Below, piece after piece: positions 24,421 to 37,803 of a stretch of 64,000 nt of DNA. Below the pieces are notes generated by a model. It saw nothing but the letters and a program-made list of their open reading frames with translations, made no database searches and was not told the DNA's origin. Every line of letters begins with the position of its first letter. Within the stretch, counting starts at the first letter, position 1. This stretch comes from Octopus bimaculoides (lineage: Eukaryota): the NCBI RefSeq assembly GCF_001194135.2, contig NC_068998.1, forward strand, positions 40,300,976 through 40,364,975, written 5' to 3'. The position numbers were made by a program, and so were the translations under genes.

Positions 24421-27400
24421 GTGAGTGGGAGGAATTTGTCCTTGACCCATAGACCTGTCGCAGGTGCTTGCAACAAAGCGGATTCCTCTAAAGACACCCA
24501 ATTACCAGGTGATGGAATTACACCAGGTGACAGATTAAGTATATCACTCAAAATTTTATATATCCTGAACTTCAATGTGTCCTTTCTTTTTTAACATGGC
24601 AAGATATGGTTTTAGGAAAATTTGACTGCTATTTCTAGCAAATTAGATGACTGTGCAAAATCTTCCTGAGTGTGTGTAATAAATACCATGTATTATGGTG
24701 GGGGGGTTGTATTTTAGCCCCCAGATCAGCCTTTACGAATTAGATCTATTCGTAAAAACATTCCATTTATGATCATACCATCTTTTTATTGAGATAGTTA
24801 ATTTACGATACTACAGTGTCCAGTGTATCTTTCTTTCTTTTTTAAGATTCTTGAGGTTTGATTGCTATTTATAGCAGACTGAATAAACATTTAGAGAGTT
24901 ACTCATTATAGATTTTGGTTTTGTGAAGAATGTAGAGGGAACATGCCTAAAAGATTGATATTAGTCCCCTGCTTAGTTATCTCATAGTGGTGCCAAGGAT
25001 AATCAGATCTCTGATTTGAAGTACTAGATGTTTACAAAATTTGTACTTTAAAATCTGAGACTAACTCCTGTGGTTAGACCATAGTCATGCAGCACAAATT
25101 TTGTCAAGTGACCAGATTGCTGTCTCAAGGGATAAAAATTTTGACACCATATCACAAACAATAAACGTTTAATTGGAGTTAACAGTTTTTGTGTATTTCT
25201 TAATGGCTAGTTTGTGTCGTCCATGCTGCAATCATTTTAGTTTCAACACACAATCTCAGATCAAAACACTTGTCATGCAAGTACATTCTCTGTAATTAAG
25301 TTTTGTTAACAATTAAATATCGTAATATTTGCCTTCAGTCATGTGTCTGACTGTATGCACAGTTGTCGGCTATTAAATATATCGATATTTCCATATCAAC
25401 CAATCATTCAGTAGGTCTGCATTTTCGAAGGTAAATGGAATGAAAACTACATTACTTAAAAAAACAAGCTATGGGTTGGTCATGGGAATGGCATTTAGCT
25501 GTCAAACAATGTTTCAATAATATATATTCGTGTAATCCATGCTATCATCGAAGTGAGCATAAAACAAATAAATGAAAAAATTGTTTCATGGCCAAATATT
25601 CAAAAAAATTTGATTGGATTTGACTTACTTCCTCAACAAACCCAGGGTTATCTTCGCTGCATTACAGGCCCCCAGGAAAAACAATACACTGGGTGCTATA
25701 GTATTTACTGACAGCAAGCCACAACATACATAGATCAAAACTGGTCAACTGCCCAGTGTGCATTCAGACAACATTCAACATACGTACAGATTATCTATGA
25801 TGCACTAAGTGTTATGATATACACTTTGAAAATATCCAGATTAACCAATGGTCTGATGATCTTATAGACTTGAGATGGTAATGACTACGTTTTATTTATC
25901 TATTTTCCTAATAGTTTAGTCAGAAGACAAAGCTTGTCTTTTGAGACTCTTGTGATCAATATGATTAATGTTCATCTCGATTAACTATAAGCAACTATTG
26001 GCTTCACTGTATGGTAAGTTTGCTTCCCAGCTATATGGTTTCCAGTTCAATCCCATTGCATGGTACTTTGAGCAAGTATCTCCTACTCTTGCTTCAGGCC
26101 AACAAAAACTCTGAGTGGATTTGATCAACCCATTGTATATATGTATATGTGTATATATATATGTGAGTGTGCCTTACTCAGAAACAGGTGAGGTTTAGCA
26201 ACATGAAGGGCATCCGGCCATAGAAAATCCACTTCAATAGTCTGACCCATGCAAGTGGACATTAAATGACATTAAAGTGGACATTAAAATGATGATGATG
26301 ACACACACACACATATGCACATAAGTGCCAAACAAGGTGGAGAGAAAAAATAGAGCTTACAGTACTCAAATACCAAAGGTAGAGTTAAAAAAAGACTTCA
26401 CAAATTGTTAACTGATCATCAAGCAGTTGTTAGTTTTTAGACAAATGCAATTGTTTATAAACTATGTAAAGTGTTTTCAGCTTCAATAAAATACTGTATG
26501 TATGTAATATTTCAAAGATTTAACATAACAAACAGAAAATTTAACAAAAACCTAATAAACGGAAAATCTGATGGAAACCTAACAAACAGAAAATTTGACA
26601 AAAACATAAACCGAAAATTTGTTGCTAATTCCTCATCAGTCAATGTCCAAAAGATCATTACAATTTTGTGCCGTTATCTTTGATATTGTTCACGTTTTGG
26701 TGGTGCCAGTAGCAGAAAGCCACTGGGAATAGCTAACAAACATATAGGACAATGACAAAAACAAACATGACAAAATAAAATGATTATAATTATTATACAT
26801 ATACAACACAAGAAAAGCTGTATGGTTGCCAGACAGAGGAATATGGGTAACGCAGTGGAAAATGAAAATTTCCTATAGAACTTGAGATGAGAGAATGGCA
26901 GATAGAAAGCCAGAACAGCAAAGCGTAAAAAGGATGAGAGATGTTTACCATGGGTCATGTGGTAGTGGGAGGAGAGAGGAAGAGTCATGAAGGGACAGAA
27001 GCAATAAAGGAGAGTATTATGGAGAGAAAAAGGGAGAGAGAGAGAGGAAGGTAAAAGAGAGGCAAGAGAAAGAGAGAGAAAAGATGTTGCACAAAAGATA
27101 TTACAAGAATATTTTACAAATGGGTACAAGATTTAAGGAGTGCGTTTTGCTACATAAATATTTCAAAGGTTTAACGTAACAAATGGAAAATTTAACAAAA
27201 ACCTAACAACCAGAAAATTTGACAAAACCATAACAAGTGGAGTATGTATGTATAAACAAACACCCACACATGCATATGAATATAAGAATAAAAATTTGTT
27301 TATGTTATGTAGTTGTCTTATTCATTTTATAAATAGATTTAATAGTGACAAGTATCTATCCATAGGGTAGTTATCGGTTCTGTCTTGATATTCTCTAAGA

Positions 27401-28399
27401 AATTCAGCTACATTTTCCCAAAAGCATTTTTATTTTATTGCTTCGTCAGGTGGGGAAAGGCTGAGAGATAGAGAGAGAAAATAAGAAATAAAGAGATATT
27501 TGTAGCAAAGAGAGAGATAGAGTGTGTGTGTGTGAGAGAGAGAGAGAGACAGGCACAGAGAGAGAGAGATTAAAGTTTTATCTTAGTATGTTTCAATAAC
27601 ATTCTAAGACCATTGTTAAAGTCCACAAATGATATTTTTGCTATAAATATGCTAAGTGCAGCACTGTTGGAACAGTATTTGTATTTTCACTCATCACATC
27701 AACAACAACAGCAACACTAACAACAAAGATATATAATAACATTACAAATTGACTTGTCTCATAGATATCCTTTCATTCTTTTCTCACTTTCAACGGATAA
27801 ATTTCAAAAATTTAACAACAAAACCTATACAAAATAAGAACGACAAAAAAATTAAATACATTGAAATAAAATTGTAAACTAGCTTCATTTGATTTATTTC
27901 CGTCCAAAAATTAGTTGGTCTTCTGAGAATCAGTGGTCGGAAATATGCTGAATGCTTTCTTCTTCAGAAATAAGTTGTTGTTGTCGTTGTTGTTGTTTTG
28001 TTTTGTTTTTATTTTGTTTTTTTCCAAGTTCACCATTTTGTTCATTCAGTGATATTTTGTTTAACAGACTTTGTGTTTTTTGAATTTTGAATTATGCTTT
28101 TTGAGTTATTGTCTAATTATTACAAATTGCTTTGGGGATGTTTTGTTTCTTGTTTGTTTTTTTTTTTTTATTACTGCCCATTCAGTAAACATTTTAGCTT
28201 TGTGTATGTGTGTGTGCATGCGTGTGTGAGTATGTATCTGTGTGTTGTTTTGTCAGGAATTTGTCATAGATATATGCTTTCCTAGTTTCTTGTTCAAAAT
28301 TTGGTGTGTGAGTAGTAGTTAGAGTATTCATGTTATAATGTAGTCAGAGGAGAGAAACAGTGCCTTTGACATTTGGAAAGCTTTCTGATTCTCATCTGA

Positions 28400-29760
28400 T
28401 TTGTTTGGCTAAGGTTCAGCTTGAAATCTATAAGTCAGAGTCTGTGAGGAAAATATGGCAGGAGCGAAGTGGGGTAGAGAGTTTCTAATGGGTTAAATTT
28501 CTGGGAAAGAGAGATTGGTAGAAATTATTGGTGTAGAATCTAGAAGCTGAGACACAGTGACAATGATGGAAGGAGAAGAATAGGCCTGTGGAGAGAAAGT
28601 ACACAGTTAGCTAATTCAGCGGATTAAGGGACATTAGAACAATAATAAAATATGTAGAGAGAAGAAATAGTGTATCTGTGACCGAGTGGTTGGACCATAT
28701 TGATGCAAGTCAACTGACTGGCCATATTTCGGTTACAGTCTAAGAAGTTTATGTATGTTGCAACAATACCACTCCATAGCTGTGAGCAGTTCTCTAATGT
28801 GGGTCTTACTTGAGCCACAGATACTAACAACAGCACATCACATTGAAGTATGTCTTGGTTCTAATGAGGAATTGTAGTTTTTATGATGTATGCTTAGCAA
28901 TGTTATATATAGGTTCTCAACTAGCCGAGGTTGACCATGTGTCTGCACATGTATGTGCAGGGTTGGGTGCAATTTTTGAGTTTCCTCTTTCTATACCATT
29001 GATGTTTAGCCAATGAAAAGGTCACCAACTTGAGCTGGTACAGTTTCACACCAGTGTCATTGTAAGCATTGCTGTTAGGAGACAAAAGACTGTAGCAGAT
29101 ATTCCAAAGCATCTCATCCAACCTGCTAACAGTTTCACCAGATCACTAACTTGGATTAGTGCCTTTTTATCAACCCTGAAAGGAGGAAAGACAAGGTTGA
29201 CCTTGGTAGCATTTGAACTCACATCACAAAGTGTTGTAACACATACCACAAGGTATTCTATTTAACCAATTCACTGCCTAGCAGGGGAGATTATCACAGG
29301 GGTTGTAGTTGTGTGTTGTCTATAACTAGAGAGGATAAGGTACAAGAATGTTCCCCTGGATAGGAGTGGAAGAAAAAGTTGTCGTGTCCACATTGATGGG
29401 TACTTTCAAGGTATTTGTTTAAGGAGTTAATAAATGATAAGCATGAGATGTGTAGGTTGCATGTGGATGAAGGTGTGCAGGTTGTTTAAAAGGTGTGAAT
29501 TGTAGCATCTGCATGGGAGCATGTGTTGTTAGAAATGTTGTTGTCATTGATGTACAGGTAGAAAAGCATGAGGGATATTATCAAGCCTTGGGGATACATC
29601 AGAGATGATAGAATGTGGGTTGGGGAGAGCCACATCCATACATATTACAATGATGCAACCTTGTCAGAAGATACTGAACCAAGAAATTACAGATAAATGG
29701 GGAACATAGACAAGTAACTAAGCTAGATAGTTAATAAGCTGGATTTGACAGAAGGCTTTG
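28400..29760 (-). mobile_element. CR1/L2-group LINE RT fragment, interrupted at about 28920-29285 by later insertions
   Basis: Minus translation includes YPQGLIISLMLFYLYIND..HAD (PQG and xADD remnants) and AQVRPTLENCSQLW..QPLGHR..SSLYIFYY; many stops. Confidence 0.8.
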
Positions 29761-31019
29761 CCCTATGGTATTCAAATTCATTGTTTTTGCATACAATTTC
29801 ATGGGTGTATGTATGTGTGTTTGCATGTGTTGGACAAACTGGTACTGGATAAACATAGGTTTTATGCATGCATGTGTGTGTAATACATTGTACATATAAG
29901 ATTTTTTTAACAAACCACCAAACAAGTGGCTCTTGAAGTCACAAATTTGAGTCTGTCATCAGTATTGAGTTCTTTTATCAGTAAATTTATTGTGGTATAT
30001 TAGGGTTATTCTTTTATTTGTTTCAGTCATTTGACTGTGGCCATGCTGGAGTACCACCTTTAGTCAAACAAATCGACCCAAGGACTTATTCTTTGTACGC
30101 ATAGTACTTATTTTATCGGCCTCTCTTGCCGAACTGCTAAGTTACAGGGACATAAACACACCAGCATCAGTTTTCAAGTGATGGCTGGGCTGGGGGACAA
30201 ACACAGACACACAAACATATATATATATATATATATATATANNNNNNNNNNNNNNNNNNNNNNNNNNNNNNNNNNNNNNNNNNNNNNNNNNNNNNNNNNN
30301 NNNNNNNNNNNNNNNNNNNNNNNNNNNNNNNNNNNNNNNNNNNNNNNNNNNNNNNNNNNNNNNNNNNNNNNNNNNNNNNNNNNNNNNNNNNNNNNNNNNN
30401 NNNNNNNNNNNNNNNNNNNNNNNNNNNNNNNNNNNNNNNNNNNNNNNNNNNNNNNNNNNNNNNNNNNNNNNNNNNNNNNNNNNNNNNNATATATATATAT
30501 ATATATAAACACACACACAACATATATATTGTTTTTGGAAGAGATATCTGCATGACTGTATGTCACCATCACTTTGTGTTTCTCTATATAAGAGTGATGA
30601 TGAGTAAGTGTGTGTGTGTGCATGCACACATGTGCATGTTCAGGCCTGTCCATGTATATATGTGTACACATGTAGATGAACATGTATATGCCTTTGTATT
30701 GGTGTAGGGGTGTTTGCGTGCATATTTAAACCCTTTATTATTCAACTTGATAAATTGACCAGTTGACATTGAGTGGTAAAGTTGGTGATTCATTGCCCAG
30801 TGAAACCTATTTTCTTATGTAGACATTGTCAGCAAAGAACTACTACTACCACCACCACCACCACGACCACTACTACTACTACAGGTGTATATATTGATCA
30901 GCTCTACTCAGTATTGATTCGTATGTCCAATGCTGTTATAACGCAGACACACACACGAATTTATATACATGTGTGTGTGTGTGTGTGCACGTGCACGTGT
31001 GTGTACTTACATAACTGTT

Positions 31020-31054
<35 letters not shown>

Positions 31055-31573
31055 GTCTGTCTGTCTCTCCATATATATATAACAGGGAGAGAGAGAGAGA
31101 GAATGAGTGATACTTCCATGAAGGAGCCAGTATATAAAAATGTATTTTTACATTTTTTAAAACTTTTTAATCTAGCATGCTTCAGACGGTGGTTGGGTGG
31201 TTGTGTACATGCATATAAATAAAATGAATGGTTTTCTTATCCTTAATATAATTCTCAACAGGCAGAATCAACATCTCACTGTATGTTACAAAGTTGGTCC
31301 ATTGAATTACAGGTACAATCCACCTGACAGTCTTCCAAACCGTTTCCATCCATCCAATTTCATTCATCAAGCTTGCATTAACTCAAGACCATAGTAAAGT
31401 ATACTTACTTAAAATACCTCACAGTGGCATTGAAACTGGGACCTCATCATTGTGAAGTTAGCCATGCCTGTACCCATAAATGTGTGTGTGTGCGTGTTCT
31501 TATTTCAAGTTATATATAATAACCCTTTAACATTGAACTGAAGAATTACTCACTACTGTTCAGTAGAGGATAT

Positions 31574-31716
31574 ATGTTTATTAACTTCTACAAAGAAAAG
31601 ATTAATAGTAATTTCAAAGTTTAAGCTTGCTTGCCTTCATCAGTCTGACGAAGGTAAGCTAGCCAGAATTTCAATGTCACTGTTAACTTTTTCCTCGTAA
31701 AAGTTAATTACTTTAC
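31574..31716. repeat. Head-to-head inverted repeat centred on CTGAYGAAGG (centre 31644)
   Basis: CCTTCATCAG-T-CTGACGAAGG; arms align over about 70 nt at roughly 70 percent. Confidence 0.8.
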
Positions 31717-32329
31717 NNNNNNNNNNNNNNNNNNNNNNNNNNNNNNNNNNNNNNNNNNNNNNNNNNNNNNNNNNNNNNNNNNNNNNNNNNNNNNNNNNNN
31801 NNNNNNNNNNNNNNNNNNNNNNNNNNNNNNNNNNNNNNNNNNNNNNNNNNNNNNNNNNNNNNNNNNNNNNNNNNNNNNNNNNNNNNNNNNNNNNNNNNNN
31901 NNNNNNNNNNNNNNNNNNNNNNNNNNNNNNNNNNNNNNNNNNNNNNNNNNNNNNNNNNNNNNNNNNNNNNNNNNNNNNNNNNNNNNNNNNNNNNNNNNNN
32001 NNNNNNNNNNNNNNNNNNNNNNNNNNNNNNNNNNNNNNNNNNNNNNNNNNNNNNNNNNNNNNNNNNNNNNNNNNNNNNNNNNNNNNNNNNNNNNNNNNNN
32101 NNNNNNNNNNNNNNNNNNNNNNNNNNATATATGTATATATATATATATATAGTAGAGCAGAATAGTCATCAGAATATATACAGCTGTATAAGTAATAGAA
32201 TGTATAGAAAAGTAGTATAGACAATAGAATGTTTTGAAGATAATAGTTTATAGGTTGTAAATGTTTCTATAATTACTGGATTACTATTGTATTTACTATG
32301 TATATAAACAATATAAAAATTTGATAGTG

Positions 32330-32530
32330 TTTAAGTTGTAAACATTATGTAAACACTTGATTTAAAGTATATAGATTACAAACATTTATATGATCACTTC
32401 ATCAGTTATTATAAATAACACTTGATTGGGTGTGTTTAGATTTTAAACATTATGTGAAGAAACAATTAATAGCTTCTAGATTGTAAACATTATGTAATTA
32501 CTTGATTGAGTATGTTTGGGTTGTAAAATT
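32330..32530. repeat. Degenerate minisatellite of about 40 bp (TTGTAAACATTATGTAA..ACTTGATT..TTTAGA)
   Basis: Core TAAACATTATGT recurs four to five times. Confidence 0.7.
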
Positions 32531-32980
32531 CAAGGTATGAATTGTGATTGTGTATTTAGATAGTAAACACTATTTAATGACCAAGGTTTCAATGTATTGA
32601 CATCTGGGCAGTGATAGGTGTGTTGAAAAGCTGAGACAATACAGAGAATTTGCAGAAAACATGAGTATCTGTCTGTAAATGTCTCTGAGTGTGTCTCCCG
32701 GTTTGCCTTTCTGGTAGTCAATTTATCTGCTTATCAATCTATCTACTGACTGTTTGGCCATGTGTCCTTGTTTTGTTTTCAAGGTTTCTGTTGTAGTTTT
32801 TTTTTCTCTCTTCTCTTGGTGTGTAAGCTAATCACATAAGCCTGGCACTCTTGAAATCTGAAATGTGCTACTGGCAAGTGAAGTGGGTGCATTTCATTTA
32901 TGAATTGAAAGGATTGAAGGCCGCTTGCATGGATATGCACACACACATTCAAATATATGCATATATATATATATATATAT

Positions 32981-33473
32981 ATAGGAAAATGAAAAATTAT
33001 TAATAAGGCAGAATGCTAAACTGGAAGCATATTTTAATAAAGATTTCTAACCGGCTTTCATTGTATAGCAAATTTTCAAGAAGAGGGAGAATGAAAATGT
33101 TTTTTACAAAGAAGTACAAAATGAAGAAAATAGTATATAAAAAAAATAATATATAAAAAAATAAATATACCAATACATTATATTGTCTTTGAGCTTTTAA
33201 AGTTCAATGGTANNNNNNNNNNNNNNNNNNNNNNNNNNNNNNNNNNNNNNNNNNNNNNNNNNNNNNGACAATATAATGTATTGGTATATTTATTTTTTTA
33301 TATATTATTTTTTTTTATATATTATTTTCTTCATTTTGTACTTCTTTGTAAAAAACATTTTCATTCTCCCTCTTCTTGAAAATTTGCTATACAATGAAAG
33401 CCGGTTAGAAATCTTTATTAAAATATGCTTCCAGTTTAGCATTCTGCCTTATTATTATTTTTTATTTTCCTAT
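32981..33473. repeat. Inverted repeat with about 205-bp arms (32981-33187 / 33267-33473) flanking an N-gap
   Basis: Arms nearly identical with only a few differences. Confidence 0.9.
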
Positions 33474-34028
33474 TATTTCTCCACGTGCGGTTAACACAAC
33501 CCCACTATTTACTGACTTATATATATGTATATATATATATATATATATAAAACAAAAAATATGTATAGAGAAAATTACATCTTTATTATAGATCTCACCT
33601 TATAAAGCCGACAATTGTTTTTATTGTATTAACAAATATATATGTGTGTGTGTATATATACTTACATATACATAGATACATACATACACACACACATATA
33701 TATAGATAGATAGATAGAGAGAGAGAGAGGGAGAGAGTCAGACAGACAGACATATATATAGAAAATATCATTAAAATTAATATTAATATTTTCAAAAATA
33801 TATGTTAACACAACATTATCAAAGTGATCCAAAATTAGTGAAATTCAAATTGAACATCTGAAATATTACCAGCAGATAAACAGTAACAAAAAGAATTCTT
33901 AAAGTGAATTCAACCTTGCTATATTCAACTAATGGTGATGCTATTGGATAATGAAAAATTTTATAAAAATAAAAAGTAAACATATTCAAGAAAAGGTCAT
34001 TTTTGTATTCAACTATCGGTGGCATCAT

Positions 34029-34074
<46 letters not shown>

Positions 34075-34079
<5 letters not shown>

Positions 34080-34260
34080 GGCACAAAACCACTATGATAT
34101 TTTGCGTCACTGACTGATGAGAAAACTCAGCTGTGAATATTCCATGTATCGTGTCTTTGTCTATATTTCCTAATTGTTAAGTTTTCATCTAGTTTCCCAT
34201 TTGCTCTGCTTTTGTCTAACTTTTTCTCCTTGTTGTGTTCTTTCTGTTCAACCCTTGATA
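34075..34260 (+). mobile_element. Probable Penelope-type terminal remnant with broken hammerhead core
   Basis: CTGATGAG-AAAA-CTC then AGCTG (GAAAC missing); flanked by (AT)n on both sides. Confidence 0.4.
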
Positions 34261-34404
34261 TATATATATGTATATATATGTGTGTGTAATATCAATAGTT
34301 TCTTATTAGGAAACTAATAGATTTTATACAGGGCTGCAAGGAGAAGTGCTCAGAATAACTGAGACAAGAGTAAAATATTAGTTATAGAATAATATATATA
34401 TATA

Positions 34405-34452
<48 letters not shown>

Positions 34453-36502
34453 AGCATATAGGCATGCACATACATAGTTGGAATCCCCATTAGCTTATAA
34501 TTCAGAAAACACCATCTCTCCTAAAATTATATTTAACCCAGATATATCCTGTCTAAATATTATGTGATGGTAACTAATGGTGTCGTTTTGACCACAGGTC
34601 GGCTTAATCCGGATTGACCTGGGGCTAACAAACATAGACACAACTCCAGTTTGATTTGGCTTTATGAAGTCAACAGAGTAATTGTCAGTTAAAGTACTGG
34701 GGTGGCGGAAGATGAAACTGGTGTTCCAGCATGGTCACAGTCCTATAACTGAAATCAGAAAAAGAAAGAATAAATAAAAACATATAATCAACAACAAGGC
34801 TCCTTCATCATCTCACACAATATTGAAATCTTTTACTGTATTTTCCATGTTGCTATGAAATATAGCTGAGTGGATAGTGTATTGTCAGTTCATATCCAAT
34901 TGCAGTTGGTTCAATGCATCTCTGAGTAAGACATTTTGATCCTACATGCCCCAACTCTCTTAACTGTTAGAAAACAAGTTAACATCTTATAGAAGTAGCT
35001 TGAGAAGCATGTGTGACACTAGAAATAACCTTTAAAATTTCCTCAGTTTTGTTACTGTCTTTATGCTAAAACTCTAAGAAAATGTTCTTTGTATAATTTC
35101 AATAAAGCTAAGTGTACATTTATTTCTTTGTGTGTGTGAAGTTTGAAAACTGATTTTAATTTCAGAACACTGCTTCAAAAAACATTCCCAATAATGATAA
35201 CAGCAACAAGAACAACAACAGCAGTACCTTAAAAAAAAATACTATCTCTAATAACAATAACTATACCACTTTATTTGTAATAACAACAATAATAACGCCT
35301 TCAGCAACATTAGTGTTACGTCTAATAACAACATCAATACTACTTTACCATTAGTAACAACAGCAATACCATCAGAAGTACTATTGCTGCTACTATTACT
35401 TCACATAAACAAACACTCAAGAACACCTTATCTCTAACAACAACAACAACAAGCGGTGACAACTCATCACCACCTAAAAACAACAGTTAGAACAACAACA
35501 CCACCACCCCTGCCTCTGGTACTTCATAAGTACAATAACTACAAATATGAACAGCAATAACAACAACAACAGGAGCAGAATGACTGAAGTATTAAATTAT
35601 AGGTAGCAAGGCATCACCAATTGTGAATGTGTTTAAAATTCATTGTAATTTCCCATCAGAGTAAACAATTTAATTTCTTGTGGCAGTCGACAAACGATTT
35701 AAGTTGATTTATCAATAAAACAGCAACTTTGCTTTTATTTTCTAGAGGAAAATATCGGTTTATTTCACATTAAGATAACAATTTCCTTTGTTTCACCGTA
35801 ATATATCAGTTTTATCTTTCAGTTAAATAATGATTACATTTTATTGTTTTCAATCTTATTCAGTTTGAGAGTTCTTTCAGACATGTTGCTTTTAGGTTAG
35901 TCTTCTGCAAACAACAGAAACTGTAATGTCTTTCGTCGACTTAGCTGCTGCCACTGTTTTTGTTGTTTAGTCCCAGATCTGCACTAATTGAGCAAACTTA
36001 TGATGAAGGGCTTTCCAGCTGTGACCATCATGTCTTTTTAGAAGTATGTAGGACTAACATTGTCTAAGGTGTTCTTTCCTTATTTAAGATAAAAGAATGC
36101 AGTTTCATGGAGATTTTCGCTGCTATTTCTAGTGAATTGAACAATGTCAAGATCCTTATTAATTCAATAGAGTTATTTTGGTCTGTCATTTGATAATAAA
36201 TGTATTAATTTTCTTCTTATAATAATTATTGTATGAGAAAGCATTCCTTCCTTCTTGTATTTAACTTTTATCATATGCCATCAATATCTTTTTATCTTTT
36301 ACTTGTTTCAGTCATTGGACTGCTGCCATGCTGGGGCACCACCTTGAGAGGTTTTATCAAGCAAATCAACCCCCAGTGCTTTTTTTATTATTTTTAAGTC
36401 ATACTTATTCTCTAGGTCTCTTTTACTCAACTGCTTAGTTGGGGGAAGTAAACAAACCAGCACCGGTTATCAAAGACCAACACACATATGTGTATACATA
36501 TG

Positions 36503-36535
<33 letters not shown>

Positions 36536-36844
36536 CTCACAGCCGTCTTTCGGTTTCTGTCTACCAAATCCACTTGAGCTGGCCAAGGCTAAAGAAACCA
36601 TGTAGTTGGGAAGCAAATTTCTTACCACACAGTCATGTCTACATCTATATGATATCTAAATAAACATAACCATGTTGTTTAAAAATTTGCTACACAACTA
36701 CATGGTTTCATGTTCAATCCTATTGTGATGCACTTTAAGCACCAGGTTGTCTAATGAAATTCAGTACATGGAAGCTGTATGGAAACCCATCATATATACA
36801 AAAATGCGCGTGCATGCACACACAACATATGTATATATATATAT

Positions 36845-37030
36845 ATACATTAGGTTTTACAAGGAAAAGTTTTAAATTACTTTAGAGTTTTGGTCTCCTC
36901 ACCTTCATCAAACTCTCTGATGAAGGTGAACTTGAAGTCACTGTCAATCCATTCCTTGTAAAAGTGACCAAAGATGCTCTCTATTAAAAAGTATTGAGAT
37001 ATCCTTCAGTTTAATATTGAATTGCTTTTA
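36845..37030. mobile_element. Head-to-head Penelope-type termini with hammerhead-like core
   Basis: 12-bp stem TCACCTTCATCA (36899-36910) / TGATGAAGGTGA (36918-36929); minus arm reads TTGATGA-A-GGT-GAGGAG-ACC-AAAAC; same family as 31574-31716. Confidence 0.6.
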
Positions 37031-37082
37031 TATATAACTTGACACAAGAACAAATATGTGGGGTTTTTTTTGTGAATTCTCC

Positions 37083-37127
<45 letters not shown>

Positions 37128-37609
37128 CATATATGGTACAACGTTTTAATGTGTTTATATTTCCAAGTGTTTGACACTGACTGCATCATTTATGTCAAAG
37201 AATAACTTTGTAGTTTGGTAAATATAAACTTATAAAAGAATTATCAAGCTGAAATAAGTACTGGGGTTGGTGTAATTGACTAAAACCCTTAAAACTAGTG
37301 CCTTGGCATGGTCACAGTCCAACTACCAAAACCAGTAAAAGAAAAAATAAGAATTCTAAAGACTGTCTTTTTATAAATCAGGGGCTATTACATTGTTAAA
37401 TGTATTCTTTCTCTTTAAAGATGGTAGGAATGTAACTTGAGAGATTTGAGAGATATTTGGCTGTCTTTTCTAGCAAGTTGGGTGGCCAAATGCAGGTTTA
37501 TTTAGTTGCTATATTAACTTCATTGTTCTCTTCCTATCATGGTGAAGTGAAAATGGGAAACATGCAGTGACTAAAGAGATTGTAATGACATATATATAAT
37601 GTATATATA

Positions 37610-37640
<31 letters not shown>

Positions 37641-37758
37641 TGTGGAACACTGAACTGTCATGTATTTATTACAGCATTTTGATGAAACAGTTTATGTTCT
37701 ATAAAGCATTGACTACCATACCCAATTTCTGTAAATGCCCCTGTGGCTAATAAAAGAA

Positions 37759-37803
<45 letters not shown>

